Below are positions 17,502-26,905 of a stretch of DNA of 64,000 nt, piece by piece. Made by a program: the position numbers and the translations under genes. Source of the stretch: a virus. The notes beneath the pieces are model-generated. The model was given only the letters and a program-made list of their open reading frames with translations, had not been told where the DNA came from and did no database searches. The stretch's first letter is position 1. The number at the start of each line of letters is the position of its first letter. The stretch covers positions 32,001 through 96,000 of IMG/VR virus record IMGVR_UViG_3300021963_000051; one strand, 5' to 3'.

Positions 17502-18677
17502 ATGTCAAAACTTTTAAATGAAAGATGGTCAGAGACCAAAGACGCTCTGCTTGAAGGCCTACAAGGTAACCGTCGTCAATCCATGGCAGTTTGCTTGGAA
17601 AACACACGTCGTTATTTGGCTGAGGCTGCAACAGCAGGTGCAACCAGCACAGGTAACATCGCTACATTAAACCGTGTGATTCTGCCAGTAATCCGTCGTG
17701 TTATGCCAACAGTTATTGCTAACGAAATCGTTGGTGTTCAGCCAATGACAGGTCCAGTTGGTCAAATTCATACTCTACGTGTTCGTTACGCTGACAGCGG
17801 TGACGGCGTTGTAGCAGGTGAAGAAGCACTAAGCCCATTCAAGATTGCTGCTGCTTATTCTGGAAATAACGTAGATGCTACACCTAAGGCTGCTGTAACA
17901 AGCCAGTTAGAAGGTGCTCCAGGTAAGCGTATGAGCATTCAAATCTTGAAGACACCAGTTGAAGCTAAGAGCCGTAAGCTATCAGCTCGCTGGACATTCG
18001 AGGCTGCTCAAGATGCACAGGCACAACAAGGTATCGACATTGAGGCAGAAATTATGGCCGCTCTAGCTCAAGAAATTACAGCTGAGATCGACCAAGAAAT
18101 CCTAGCTTCTTTACGTGGTCTTGCTGCTGTTGAAGAAACATATGACCAGTCATTAGTTTCTGGTACAGCTACATTCGTTGGTGACGAGCACGCCGCTCTT
18201 GCTATTCAGATCAATCGTGTAAGCAACTTAATTGCTCAGCGTACACGTCGTGGTTCTGCTAACTGGGCAGTTGTTTCTAACCAAGCTCTTACAATTCTAC
18301 AGAGCGCAACAACTAGTGCTTTTGCTCGCACAACAGAAGGCACATTTGAAGCTCCAACAAACACCAAGTTTGTAGGTACATTGAATGGAGCAATGCGTGT
18401 ATATGTAGATGCATACATGAGCGACACAGTTGATAACAACCAAGTTTTAGTTGGTTATAAGGGTTCAAGCGAAGCCGATGCTGCTGCTTTCTACTGCCCA
18501 TATATTCCTCTAATGAGTTCTGGTGTTGTTCTAGATCCAGCAACATTTGAACCAGTAGTTGGCTTCTTAACACGTTATGGCTATGTTGAGCTAACAAACA
18601 CAGCTAGCTCTCTAGGTAACGCTGCTGACTATCTAGGTAAGGTTGCAATTACATCTGCTAATGTAAGCTTCAAGTAA
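17502..18677 (+). CDS. gp23: Major capsid protein
   Basis: GVQPMTGPVGQIHTLR, AKSRKLSARWTFEAAQD, FYCPYIPL, GFLTRYG; strongly biased codon use. Confidence 0.97.
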   Translation: MSKLLNERWSETKDALLEGLQGNRRQSMAVCLENTRRYLAEAATAGATSTGNIATLNRVILPVIRRVMPTVIANEIVGVQPMTGPVGQIHTLRVRYADSGDGVVAGEEALSPFKIAAAYSGNNVDATPKAAVTSQLEGAPGKRMSIQILKTPVEAKSRKLSARWTFEAAQDAQAQQGIDIEAEIMAALAQEITAEIDQEILASLRGLAAVEETYDQSLVSGTATFVGDEHAALAIQINRVSNLIAQRTRRGSANWAVVSNQALTILQSATTSAFARTTEGTFEAPTNTKFVGTLNGAMRVYVDAYMSDTVDNNQVLVGYKGSSEADAAAFYCPYIPLMSSGVVLDPATFEPVVGFLTRYGYVELTNTASSLGNAADYLGKVAITSANVSFK

Positions 18678-18701
18678 TAGTTTATATACAGATGATACAC
18701 G

Positions 18702-18725
18702 AAGCCCGCTAAATGCGGGCTTTTT
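18702..18725 (+). terminator. Intrinsic terminator after the capsid gene
   Basis: AAGCCCGC-TAAAT-GCGGGCTT followed by a T run. Confidence 0.9.
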
Positions 18726-18799
18726 GTTAAATATAAAGTCTTTATGATTTATGCGGCACCCACCGCGTAGGGCATAGAACGCTCAATAAGGAGAAACAA

Positions 18800-19225
18800 A
18801 TGGGACGTCCATTAAAGAAAAAATTTTTTAGCGCAAATGCTAATAATAACATTAAAGTACAATTTCATAACGGTACTTCAAGCGTAGCTGGTTACATTGT
18901 TCACCAAGTAGGTGCTCGTAGATTTCAGTGTAGTGACGGAACAAATCGAAGAGTATGTAAATTAGTGAACAAAGCCTCTGCAGCTATTGCGGCTGGGGAA
19001 ATGACCATTACAGTGAAACAAGATGATGGTACTATAGATCAAGTTCTTAAAATTTCAGGAAGAATGCTAACAACCTTAAATGCTGGTGGCAATACGATTC
19101 GTAGACCTTGGAATTTCAGTACTTCAACTAGTGACAGTTATGTGCAAGTTGAAGAAGCTGGTACTTCGACTAGCGCAGTTACAACAGCAACTGGTGCAAC
19201 CAACCTTGAAGGTGATGCTCAGTAA
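18800..19225 (+). CDS. Hypothetical protein, likely abundant virion (head decoration?) protein
   Basis: Stand-alone unit: late promoter 18728-18733, structured leader, AAGGAG RBS and its own terminator. Confidence 0.6.
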   Translation: MGRPLKKKFFSANANNNIKVQFHNGTSSVAGYIVHQVGARRFQCSDGTNRRVCKLVNKASAAIAAGEMTITVKQDDGTIDQVLKISGRMLTTLNAGGNTIRRPWNFSTSTSDSYVQVEEAGTSTSAVTTATGATNLEGDAQ

Positions 19226-19240
19226 TTCCTAAGCATCTAT

Positions 19241-19265
19241 AAAAGGGGGCTAGACCCCCTTTTTT
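19241..19265 (+). terminator. Intrinsic terminator (possibly bidirectional)
   Basis: AAAAGGGGG-CTAGA-CCCCCTTTTTT. Confidence 0.88.
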
Positions 19266-19283
19266 CATAAGGTAAATAAAGGT

Positions 19284-19808
19284 ATGGCAAGTAATTGGGC
19301 TCTCCCTAACACAATTATTCAATATGCTGAATCAGGATTTGAAAATATTCATGTAGCCTGGGATAACAGCAGGCAGTTTTCACCTCTAAAAAATAAAGAC
19401 GGTATTCATACAAAGACTGTTAGAGACCTTATTCACATAGCTAGAGATCCTAAACATGACATTGTAGAAAAAACCTATTTTTTAAAACTTACAGGTTTTA
19501 ATTTTACAAACATACCTATTTTTCTATCAGGAATAGAAGTTAAGGTAACTATGAACAGATACGGTAGAATTACCGACGACGAAATAAATCTTTGCTTAAA
19601 CAATGAAACAATAGGTACAAATCAAGCAGATAGAGAATTAAGTCCTATTAAAATTTATGGTGGTCAATCTTATCTATGGGAAACAGGTTTGACTATAGCA
19701 GATTTATCAAATAGTTCTTTTGGCTGTGTATTTAGATTTCAAAGTCATCCAAATTGGCCTCATAAGTGTAGTGCGCTAATTGATGCTGTTGAGATAAGAG
19801 TTCATTAA
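19284..19808 (+). CDS. Hypothetical late protein
   Basis: 174 aa, beta-rich; TAAATA (19273-19278) ends 5 nt before the ATG. Confidence 0.65.
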   Translation: MASNWALPNTIIQYAESGFENIHVAWDNSRQFSPLKNKDGIHTKTVRDLIHIARDPKHDIVEKTYFLKLTGFNFTNIPIFLSGIEVKVTMNRYGRITDDEINLCLNNETIGTNQADRELSPIKIYGGQSYLWETGLTIADLSNSSFGCVFRFQSHPNWPHKCSALIDAVEIRVH

Positions 19809-19835
19809 AAAATAAATACACTGAGGATCAATTAA

Positions 19836-22800
19836 ATGGCAACCAGCGTACAACAATATCCAGGGAATCTTAAAGTATCTGTATATAACGGATTCATTGT
19901 TATTGATGCTAAAGATCAAATTTCAATAACTTCCCAATTTGGATACATAAGAACAGAAGCAGGACTCTATATTACCAACGAAGCCACTGGGGGTTATCTT
20001 AGAAATATAGCATCTCAAGAAGTCTTAATAAGATCAAATTTAAGTTATGTAGAGGTAGATGCTAATGATTATATAAGATTAACATCCAATAGTAATTATA
20101 TTCAATTAAATGCTGCTCAATACGCTAGAATTTCAGCAGGCGATTATGTAGAGTTAAAGCCTCAAAGTTATTTAAAATTTGATGTAACTACGTATCATCA
20201 AAGTCAAATAGGTGATTATTCTGTCAGTGTAATCGGGGGTTATCAAACTGTTGATGTTGCACAATATATTGAACAGTCTGCTGGTAATTATTATAAAATA
20301 TCAGCATTAGGTGGAAGAATTACATTAGAAGCTAATAGCTTTGTAGAGATTGACGCCCAACAGCAAGTCACAATTACTTCTCAAGGAAGTTTTATAAATT
20401 TAACCGCTGTATCTGTTATTGGCACAGATGCTCAAGAAATTGAATTAGGAGCTAATGATACTCAAGATGTTATTCCTAATGCAAAATTTAAAAAGGATCT
20501 CTTTGTTAGAGATTCTACAACATATGATATAGGAGCATCTGGGGAGACATGGAGAGGACTCCACATTGAAACAATTGACAGTTATGATCAAGGCAATGTT
20601 CAAAATCCTTATTTCAGAGTATTCGATCCAAATGATGTTTACGGCGCCGCAATAGGTAATGCTGGTCAAATAGCCATAGCGAATGCTCAACGAGCATCAG
20701 CACCTGTGTATTTTAGAGGTGGTGTAGGTATAGCAAAAGATTTAAATGTTGGCGGATTCATTTATGGTAGAATTGAAACAGCTAATACCAGTTTAAGTAT
20801 TAATGTAACTGCTACAAATATTGATCAAGTTTTTTACAATACCTTTGCAGTAAGTACGGGTAATCAATTTTTATTCATAGACTCTACAGGATTACAAGGA
20901 GGATATACCTATAATCCAAGTCGAGGTCTACTTACTGTTGAACGGGGGAGAGTAGTAGCTACAGATCAAAGTGTTAGTACTACAACAGGTGCATTTACTG
21001 TAACAGGCGGAGTTGGTATTGGCAAAGATGTTTATATTGGTGGCAATATTTTACCTGGAACTGCTAATACTAGCAGTATAGGCCTACAAGATTTAGAATG
21101 GGCTACAGGATTTATCAATAATTTATATTCCGAATTTATTGGGAATACCAATACTAATATAATTATGCAGCCAGATATCACTGCAAATAAAGGCAGAGTT
21201 GATATTTTCGGTGACATTAGAGTACGCGGTAAAGATCCTGTAGGAACTGCTCCAGTTGTAAGGAATACTCTATATGTCACTATGGATGGTAATGACACTA
21301 ATGATGGTAGAGCAATGGATGCCAGTCGTGCTTGCAGAACAATTAGTGGAGCTGTTAAGAGTCCGTATTACCAAGAAGGAACACAAATTCTAGTTAGTGC
21401 AGGATTTTATCTTGAAGATAATCCTATAAGGATGAAGCCTTACACTAGTATAAGAGGTAGTGATATTAGAACTACCTTTATTGAACCAATCAATAAAACG
21501 CAGGATTTATTTCATGTAGAAAGTGGTTGTTACCTAAACTATATGACCTTTTTAAATGGAAGAAGTGGCTTACTTGAAGGTCCATATGAACAGGGCTTTA
21601 ATAGAGGAGCGTATTGTACAGCATTTCCTCCATTAGAAGGTGATGACAGAATAGACTTGTTCCATAGTCCTTATATTCAAAACTGTACAAATCAAAGCGG
21701 TCCTTGGCTCAAAGACGGAACAATGTTTATACCGAATTCCACTGTACAAATTCCAAGAGCTGTAGGAACAGGAACATGGGAAGCAAACACTACAACTATA
21801 GTAGTAAAAGCTAATACAGGCACAATTGCCAAAGGCATGAGTATAAACGCAGGTAATCAAAATCCAGGATTTTTTGATGCTCGTACGTTAATGTTGGCAA
21901 ATAAGGCATTCATTCAAGAACAGGTAGTTGCTTTTGTAGATCAAACATTTAATAGTGGAAATTTTGTCTACGATCAAATTAAATGTGCTAGAGACACAGG
22001 TTTGATTTTAGAAAGTATTGCCATTGATATGCTTCAAGATAGCACAAGCGAAAGCATTTTTGCCGGCCTTCAGTACTGGAGACAGAGCGGATATGTAGAT
22101 GCTATAGGTAGTCAATTTACAGCAACAATAAATTCTATAGGATATCTAGCTACTCTTGCTGTTACTACAGCATCTAATGCAGGTGGTGGCGCACAAGGAT
22201 CTATTGTCAATCAGCGTTTTCAAAATATTTTAACAATTCTTAATACTAGTACAGCAACTTTAGCTAATGGTTCATTTAGTGAATGGATAACAAATAGTAT
22301 TGTAAGTAATGGTACCGCTACAAATAATGTCAATACTGTCTTGGCCTACAATGCTTTATTAGCCGCTAAAAATAGTTTAAAAGAAGGCGTAATATCTTAT
22401 ATAACTAGTAATTTTCCAACATTGGTATACAACTCATCTACATGTCGAAGAGATGTAGGATTTATAATAGACAGTGTAGCATTTGACCTATTACATGGCG
22501 GAAACAAACAAAGTATTAAATCTGGAGTTTACTATTTTGGCTATACTTCAACCATTAGTGAAATTAATACAGGTTCTAGTAATATTACGAATGAAATTCC
22601 ACAAACAACTGCTGCTTATAGATTCTTGAAAGGTATCGTTTCAAATGTCGTTCAAGGAATTCCTGTACCTACAAAATATCAAAATTCTATCCTACAAACT
22701 ATCGCAGGATATAACAGCGGTACTATTCATCAGGCTGAAGATTTATCAGATAGGATAGATATTATCACAGGTATAATTAGAAATGGCCCTTCTGATTATG

Positions 22801-25800
22801 CCGAAACTGGTAAACGTATTCCTATTAGTCTTGAAACAAATACTACGACGCAAGTTTCAAATGCCTATAATTTATTACAAGCTAATAAAAATTTTATAGT
22901 TGCTGAAACTATTGCTTATATTAATTCAACATCAAATTACTTCGAATATAATAGAGAAAAATGTAGACGTGATGTTGGAATTTTAGTAGAAAATATAAGT
23001 TATGATGCTACATTTGGTGGTAATGAAAAAGCTGTAGAAAGTGGACTTGCCTATTTCGATGGTGTAATAAGCAAAATTTCCGGACAAGAAGTTCAAACTA
23101 TTTCAGCTATAGATTATCTAAATTCTTTAGCTCAAAAAATAATAAGAAATCAAACCTGTACAAATCTTTTAGGATTTACTGCAACTCATGTACAAGTAAT
23201 TAATACAGCATTAACTGGAGGAGCAGTAAGTTCAGATACTATAGATTATCTATTTGATATAGTTACAACAATTATAGATAATGGTCCTACCGCAGCACCT
23301 ACCATTTATAATAGCCCAGGACCGGATAGCGCATTTGTAAGTGCTCAAACTCTTATTCAATCTAATAGAGCATTTATACAACAAGACACGATAAACTATG
23401 TTAATAATGTTTTATTACCTACTTTATATCCAGGATATTTTTCATACAGTGAAATAAAATGCCGTAGAGACACTGGATTAATTATTGATTCTATCGCTAT
23501 TGATTTATTGTATCCAACTGCGGCAAGAAGTCAAAGTACATTTGCCGGATTACAATACTGGAATCAAGATGCATATGTTGGAGCTATTGCAGATCAATTA
23601 AATCCTACTGTAGATGCTATTAAGTACCTTAAAGATCTAGCAAGAAAAATTGTCTTATGTATTACACCTAGTGATGATTTAGTTAATAGATATCAAACAG
23701 CCATTCCCCAGGTTACAAATTTAGAACCAGGAACAGATAACGAAGTAACTATTTTAAATGCTAGATTTGATGAACTTATAGAAATAGTAAACGGAAATAA
23801 ATCAGGTTGGACAAACAGAATTATTCCCAATGGAAAAACAAATAGTTTATTAAATTACAAAAATGCTTACAATCTATTAATAGCAAATAGAGCATACTTA
23901 GGTGCTGAAGTAAATGCCTATGTCCAGGCAACAAATTTTGGATTTACTTATGATACAGCCAAGTGTGCTAGAGATGTGGGATACCTCACAGAAGCTGTAG
24001 GCTTTGATATGCTTCACGGAGGAAATAGACAAACTGTTCAAAACGGTTTATATTATTACGGATTTACTTCAACTACAAACATTTATAATGAAACTACTCA
24101 GACTGTTGCTGCCTTCAACACGTTAAGTTATATCATAAGTCAAGTTGTACTTAATACTCCTGTTAATCGTAGACAGTTTAAAAAAGTTCAAACATTTTTT
24201 ACAACTACTGCTACAATAAGCGAAGTTAATTTTATTAATACTACTGTTAATACAATTACAAGCATCATTTTAAATGGACCAAGTGTAGCAGCATTACCAG
24301 CTGGTGTAGCAATGACAGCCAGTAATTCCGCAAGTGTAATCACAGCCTATGATTTAATTTATGCTAATAAAGATTTTATTATCGAAGAAGTAATTAGTTT
24401 TATAGATCAAACTTATAATGCAGGTAGATTTAACTATGATGAAGCTAAATGTTTTAGAGATGTTGGGTTAATTTTAGACGCTGTTACTCAAGATGTAATT
24501 TTAGGGGGAAATAGTAAAAGTATTGAAGCAGGATTGGCATATTGGAGTGGAGGTTATAATTCTGTAGGAGATCAAATTACCACTACAACTATGGCAATTA
24601 ATCACGCACGAGATATGGCGATCACAGTGGCTAAAAATCAAATATTTACAGCTACTACTGGTACATTACTAACGCAAAACATTATTCCATTTTTTCAATA
24701 TGGTGATGAATACGGTCCACAAGAAGCTATTCGTAGAAACTTTAATATAATTACTACTATTATAGAAAAAGGTCCTTTATATGCTCCGCCAACTTATGCT
24801 GGAGGAGGACTCTTTAGTCTTGTTGGTATTAACGGTGCAGATGTTAAGATTGCTCCTAAAGTTATTAGTGTTTCTACTATTACTACAGGCACATATAGGA
24901 TCGGGCTTGATATACCTACTATAGGATTCGGTGTTAATTCTACTCTATACTTTGGAGATACACAGATATTTCCTTTAAGAGATAAAGAAGTAGATGAGCA
25001 AAGTTTTGAATACGCAGGAAACACTTCAACATGGGCACTTAGAAAAATAGACCCAGTCGGTGGTATGGGAGGCAGTTTAGTAGATGGTGGGGTGATAAGT
25101 GATAGATCTCCTATTCAATCATTTGTGTATGATGCCTTTACTCAACTTACACAGGGCGGCCGTGGCGTTCATATCATTAGAGATGGTTATGCTCAGTTAG
25201 TTTCGGTCTTTACTATTTTTGCTTCTAAGGGTGTAGAAGTTGAAAGTGGTGGTATAGCCAGTATTGTTAACAGTAACGCTAACTTCGGAGACATCTGTTT
25301 ACAGGCTAAGGGCTTTGGCAAACGTAAATTTACAGGGCATATTTACAATCCTTCATTTAAGTCTTATCCAGAAAGTCCAAATTTAATAGGAGGGGAATAT
25401 TTAAATCAATATTATCCTAGCGGATTTTGGCCTAACAATGCGCAGGTTATGGTCTTTTTACCAGATTTAGATGATCGTCCGCACATTTCTTTAGTAATGG
25501 AGGTTATTCCTCCGGAGACTGTACGAGATTATACAGGAGAACTTGTAGCACAGGTTAATGAACAAGGCTTTCCGGGATTTTTAAATGCTAGTCCTACTAC
25601 AAGCACTTTGTCTACAGGAAGTATAACTATCTCTGGAATAGACACAACTAATATCTTTGTGGGTAACCGTGTATATGCTAGAGATCAATTTGGAAGAAGC
25701 ACAAGCTCGAATATAGATGTTAATGGTGACTGGATACCATATGTAGATGACGAGACATTTGTTACTGGGTTAGAATATCAAACAGTTACACTGAGTAAGC

Positions 25801-26894
25801 CATTATTATCGGGTGGCGCTGATCCAGATAATACTGCTTTGAGTATAAATGATAATTATTTTGATTTGTATTTTTGTGGTAATGCATATTATACAGTATT
25901 AAGTAGTGAGGTTGGATCAAATCCGCAATATGCCGGCACAGGAACAACTTTAATACCTGATGGAGAAAATATTCTATCTGCTATAAGTCTAGGTTTACCT
26001 GTTGGTCAAATTAATGAACATATAGCTACACTAAATTACCTTAATACAATCACAAATAGAGTGATAAGTAACCTTCCAGTTACAAGTTTACAGACAGGAA
26101 CAAGTACAACAACTCAATATATTAACTTGTTAGTACAAGGTGGGGGGGAAGCTACATCGTTCATAGATTTAAGGTTTGATGATTCTATAAACATCATAGG
26201 AGCAGCTAATCTTACTGCGGCAGAAGCAGTGGTTAGACCTAGTCTTAGAACTACCTCTGGAGCACCTGTACAAGGGGCAGGTAGTGCTGTCAGTTTAATA
26301 GAACAAAATATAGAATTTTTAGCAGACGAAGTCAGCGCATTTGTACGAAATAATTATTTTTCAACAAATTTTGTAACATTAAGTCAAGCAGACAAAGATA
26401 AAATTTTCTACAAGTGTCAGCGAGATACAAAAATTATTCTACAAAGATTAATATACGACATAGAAACTGGAGGCAGGTACAATATGGTAATGGTTGGTCT
26501 TAGCTATTGGAGAAGACAGGGTACCTATCATATTGTTAGTTTGGGAGAGGCAGTGACAAGAACTGATTTATTCCCAGACGGTGCTACAGTTAATTTCTAT
26601 CAAAGAAGCTATATGAGTGCCAGTGGTTACGTATTTGAATATGTAGGAGCGGGTATCGATTACGGAGCACTTCCACAGCGTGGGGTAGCAGATCCCCAAC
26701 AAGGTAGAGAAGTAGTTCAGCTAAATGCCGGTAAGGTATTCTTTACTTCAACTGATCAAAACGGTGACTTTAGAATAGGTCCAGGATTAGTTATTAGTCA
26801 AGCAACTGGTGTGCTTAGTGGTAGAACATTTACACGATCATTATTTGCTAATTTAACACCCTTTATTTTAGCTATTGAAGCAGGTGGGGGCTAA
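19836..26894 (+). CDS. Giant virion structural/appendage protein with beta-helix regions and seven phycobiliprotein-like repeats
   Basis: 2352 aa; late promoter 19813-19818. N-terminal 8-residue-period repeats, GGVGIG fibre repeats, a pectin-lyase-like beta-helix (SPYIQNCTN...GYAQLVSVFTIF), and seven (K/T)CxRD repeats. Confidence 0.75.
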   Translation: MATSVQQYPGNLKVSVYNGFIVIDAKDQISITSQFGYIRTEAGLYITNEATGGYLRNIASQEVLIRSNLSYVEVDANDYIRLTSNSNYIQLNAAQYARISAGDYVELKPQSYLKFDVTTYHQSQIGDYSVSVIGGYQTVDVAQYIEQSAGNYYKISALGGRITLEANSFVEIDAQQQVTITSQGSFINLTAVSVIGTDAQEIELGANDTQDVIPNAKFKKDLFVRDSTTYDIGASGETWRGLHIETIDSYDQGNVQNPYFRVFDPNDVYGAAIGNAGQIAIANAQRASAPVYFRGGVGIAKDLNVGGFIYGRIETANTSLSINVTATNIDQVFYNTFAVSTGNQFLFIDSTGLQGGYTYNPSRGLLTVERGRVVATDQSVSTTTGAFTVTGGVGIGKDVYIGGNILPGTANTSSIGLQDLEWATGFINNLYSEFIGNTNTNIIMQPDITANKGRVDIFGDIRVRGKDPVGTAPVVRNTLYVTMDGNDTNDGRAMDASRACRTISGAVKSPYYQEGTQILVSAGFYLEDNPIRMKPYTSIRGSDIRTTFIEPINKTQDLFHVESGCYLNYMTFLNGRSGLLEGPYEQGFNRGAYCTAFPPLEGDDRIDLFHSPYIQNCTNQSGPWLKDGTMFIPNSTVQIPRAVGTGTWEANTTTIVVKANTGTIAKGMSINAGNQNPGFFDARTLMLANKAFIQEQVVAFVDQTFNSGNFVYDQIKCARDTGLILESIAIDMLQDSTSESIFAGLQYWRQSGYVDAIGSQFTATINSIGYLATLAVTTASNAGGGAQGSIVNQRFQNILTILNTSTATLANGSFSEWITNSIVSNGTATNNVNTVLAYNALLAAKNSLKEGVISYITSNFPTLVYNSSTCRRDVGFIIDSVAFDLLHGGNKQSIKSGVYYFGYTSTISEINTGSSNITNEIPQTTAAYRFLKGIVSNVVQGIPVPTKYQNSILQTIAGYNSGTIHQAEDLSDRIDIITGIIRNGPSDYAETGKRIPISLETNTTTQVSNAYNLLQANKNFIVAETIAYINSTSNYFEYNREKCRRDVGILVENISYDATFGGNEKAVESGLAYFDGVISKISGQEVQTISAIDYLNSLAQKIIRNQTCTNLLGFTATHVQVINTALTGGAVSSDTIDYLFDIVTTIIDNGPTAAPTIYNSPGPDSAFVSAQTLIQSNRAFIQQDTINYVNNVLLPTLYPGYFSYSEIKCRRDTGLIIDSIAIDLLYPTAARSQSTFAGLQYWNQDAYVGAIADQLNPTVDAIKYLKDLARKIVLCITPSDDLVNRYQTAIPQVTNLEPGTDNEVTILNARFDELIEIVNGNKSGWTNRIIPNGKTNSLLNYKNAYNLLIANRAYLGAEVNAYVQATNFGFTYDTAKCARDVGYLTEAVGFDMLHGGNRQTVQNGLYYYGFTSTTNIYNETTQTVAAFNTLSYIISQVVLNTPVNRRQFKKVQTFFTTTATISEVNFINTTVNTITSIILNGPSVAALPAGVAMTASNSASVITAYDLIYANKDFIIEEVISFIDQTYNAGRFNYDEAKCFRDVGLILDAVTQDVILGGNSKSIEAGLAYWSGGYNSVGDQITTTTMAINHARDMAITVAKNQIFTATTGTLLTQNIIPFFQYGDEYGPQEAIRRNFNIITTIIEKGPLYAPPTYAGGGLFSLVGINGADVKIAPKVISVSTITTGTYRIGLDIPTIGFGVNSTLYFGDTQIFPLRDKEVDEQSFEYAGNTSTWALRKIDPVGGMGGSLVDGGVISDRSPIQSFVYDAFTQLTQGGRGVHIIRDGYAQLVSVFTIFASKGVEVESGGIASIVNSNANFGDICLQAKGFGKRKFTGHIYNPSFKSYPESPNLIGGEYLNQYYPSGFWPNNAQVMVFLPDLDDRPHISLVMEVIPPETVRDYTGELVAQVNEQGFPGFLNASPTTSTLSTGSITISGIDTTNIFVGNRVYARDQFGRSTSSNIDVNGDWIPYVDDETFVTGLEYQTVTLSKPLLSGGADPDNTALSINDNYFDLYFCGNAYYTVLSSEVGSNPQYAGTGTTLIPDGENILSAISLGLPVGQINEHIATLNYLNTITNRVISNLPVTSLQTGTSTTTQYINLLVQGGGEATSFIDLRFDDSINIIGAANLTAAEAVVRPSLRTTSGAPVQGAGSAVSLIEQNIEFLADEVSAFVRNNYFSTNFVTLSQADKDKIFYKCQRDTKIILQRLIYDIETGGRYNMVMVGLSYWRRQGTYHIVSLGEAVTRTDLFPDGATVNFYQRSYMSASGYVFEYVGAGIDYGALPQRGVADPQQGREVVQLNAGKVFFTSTDQNGDFRIGPGLVISQATGVLSGRTFTRSLFANLTPFILAIEAGGG

Positions 26895-26905
26895 AAGGAA
26901 AAATT

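Noticed and set aside
19836-26894. Calling the phage a cyanophage because of the phycobiliprotein-like repeats
   Set aside because: No photosynthesis or other cyanophage marker genes (psbA, hli, cpeT, pebS) are in the window, so the host cannot be assigned from this sequence.
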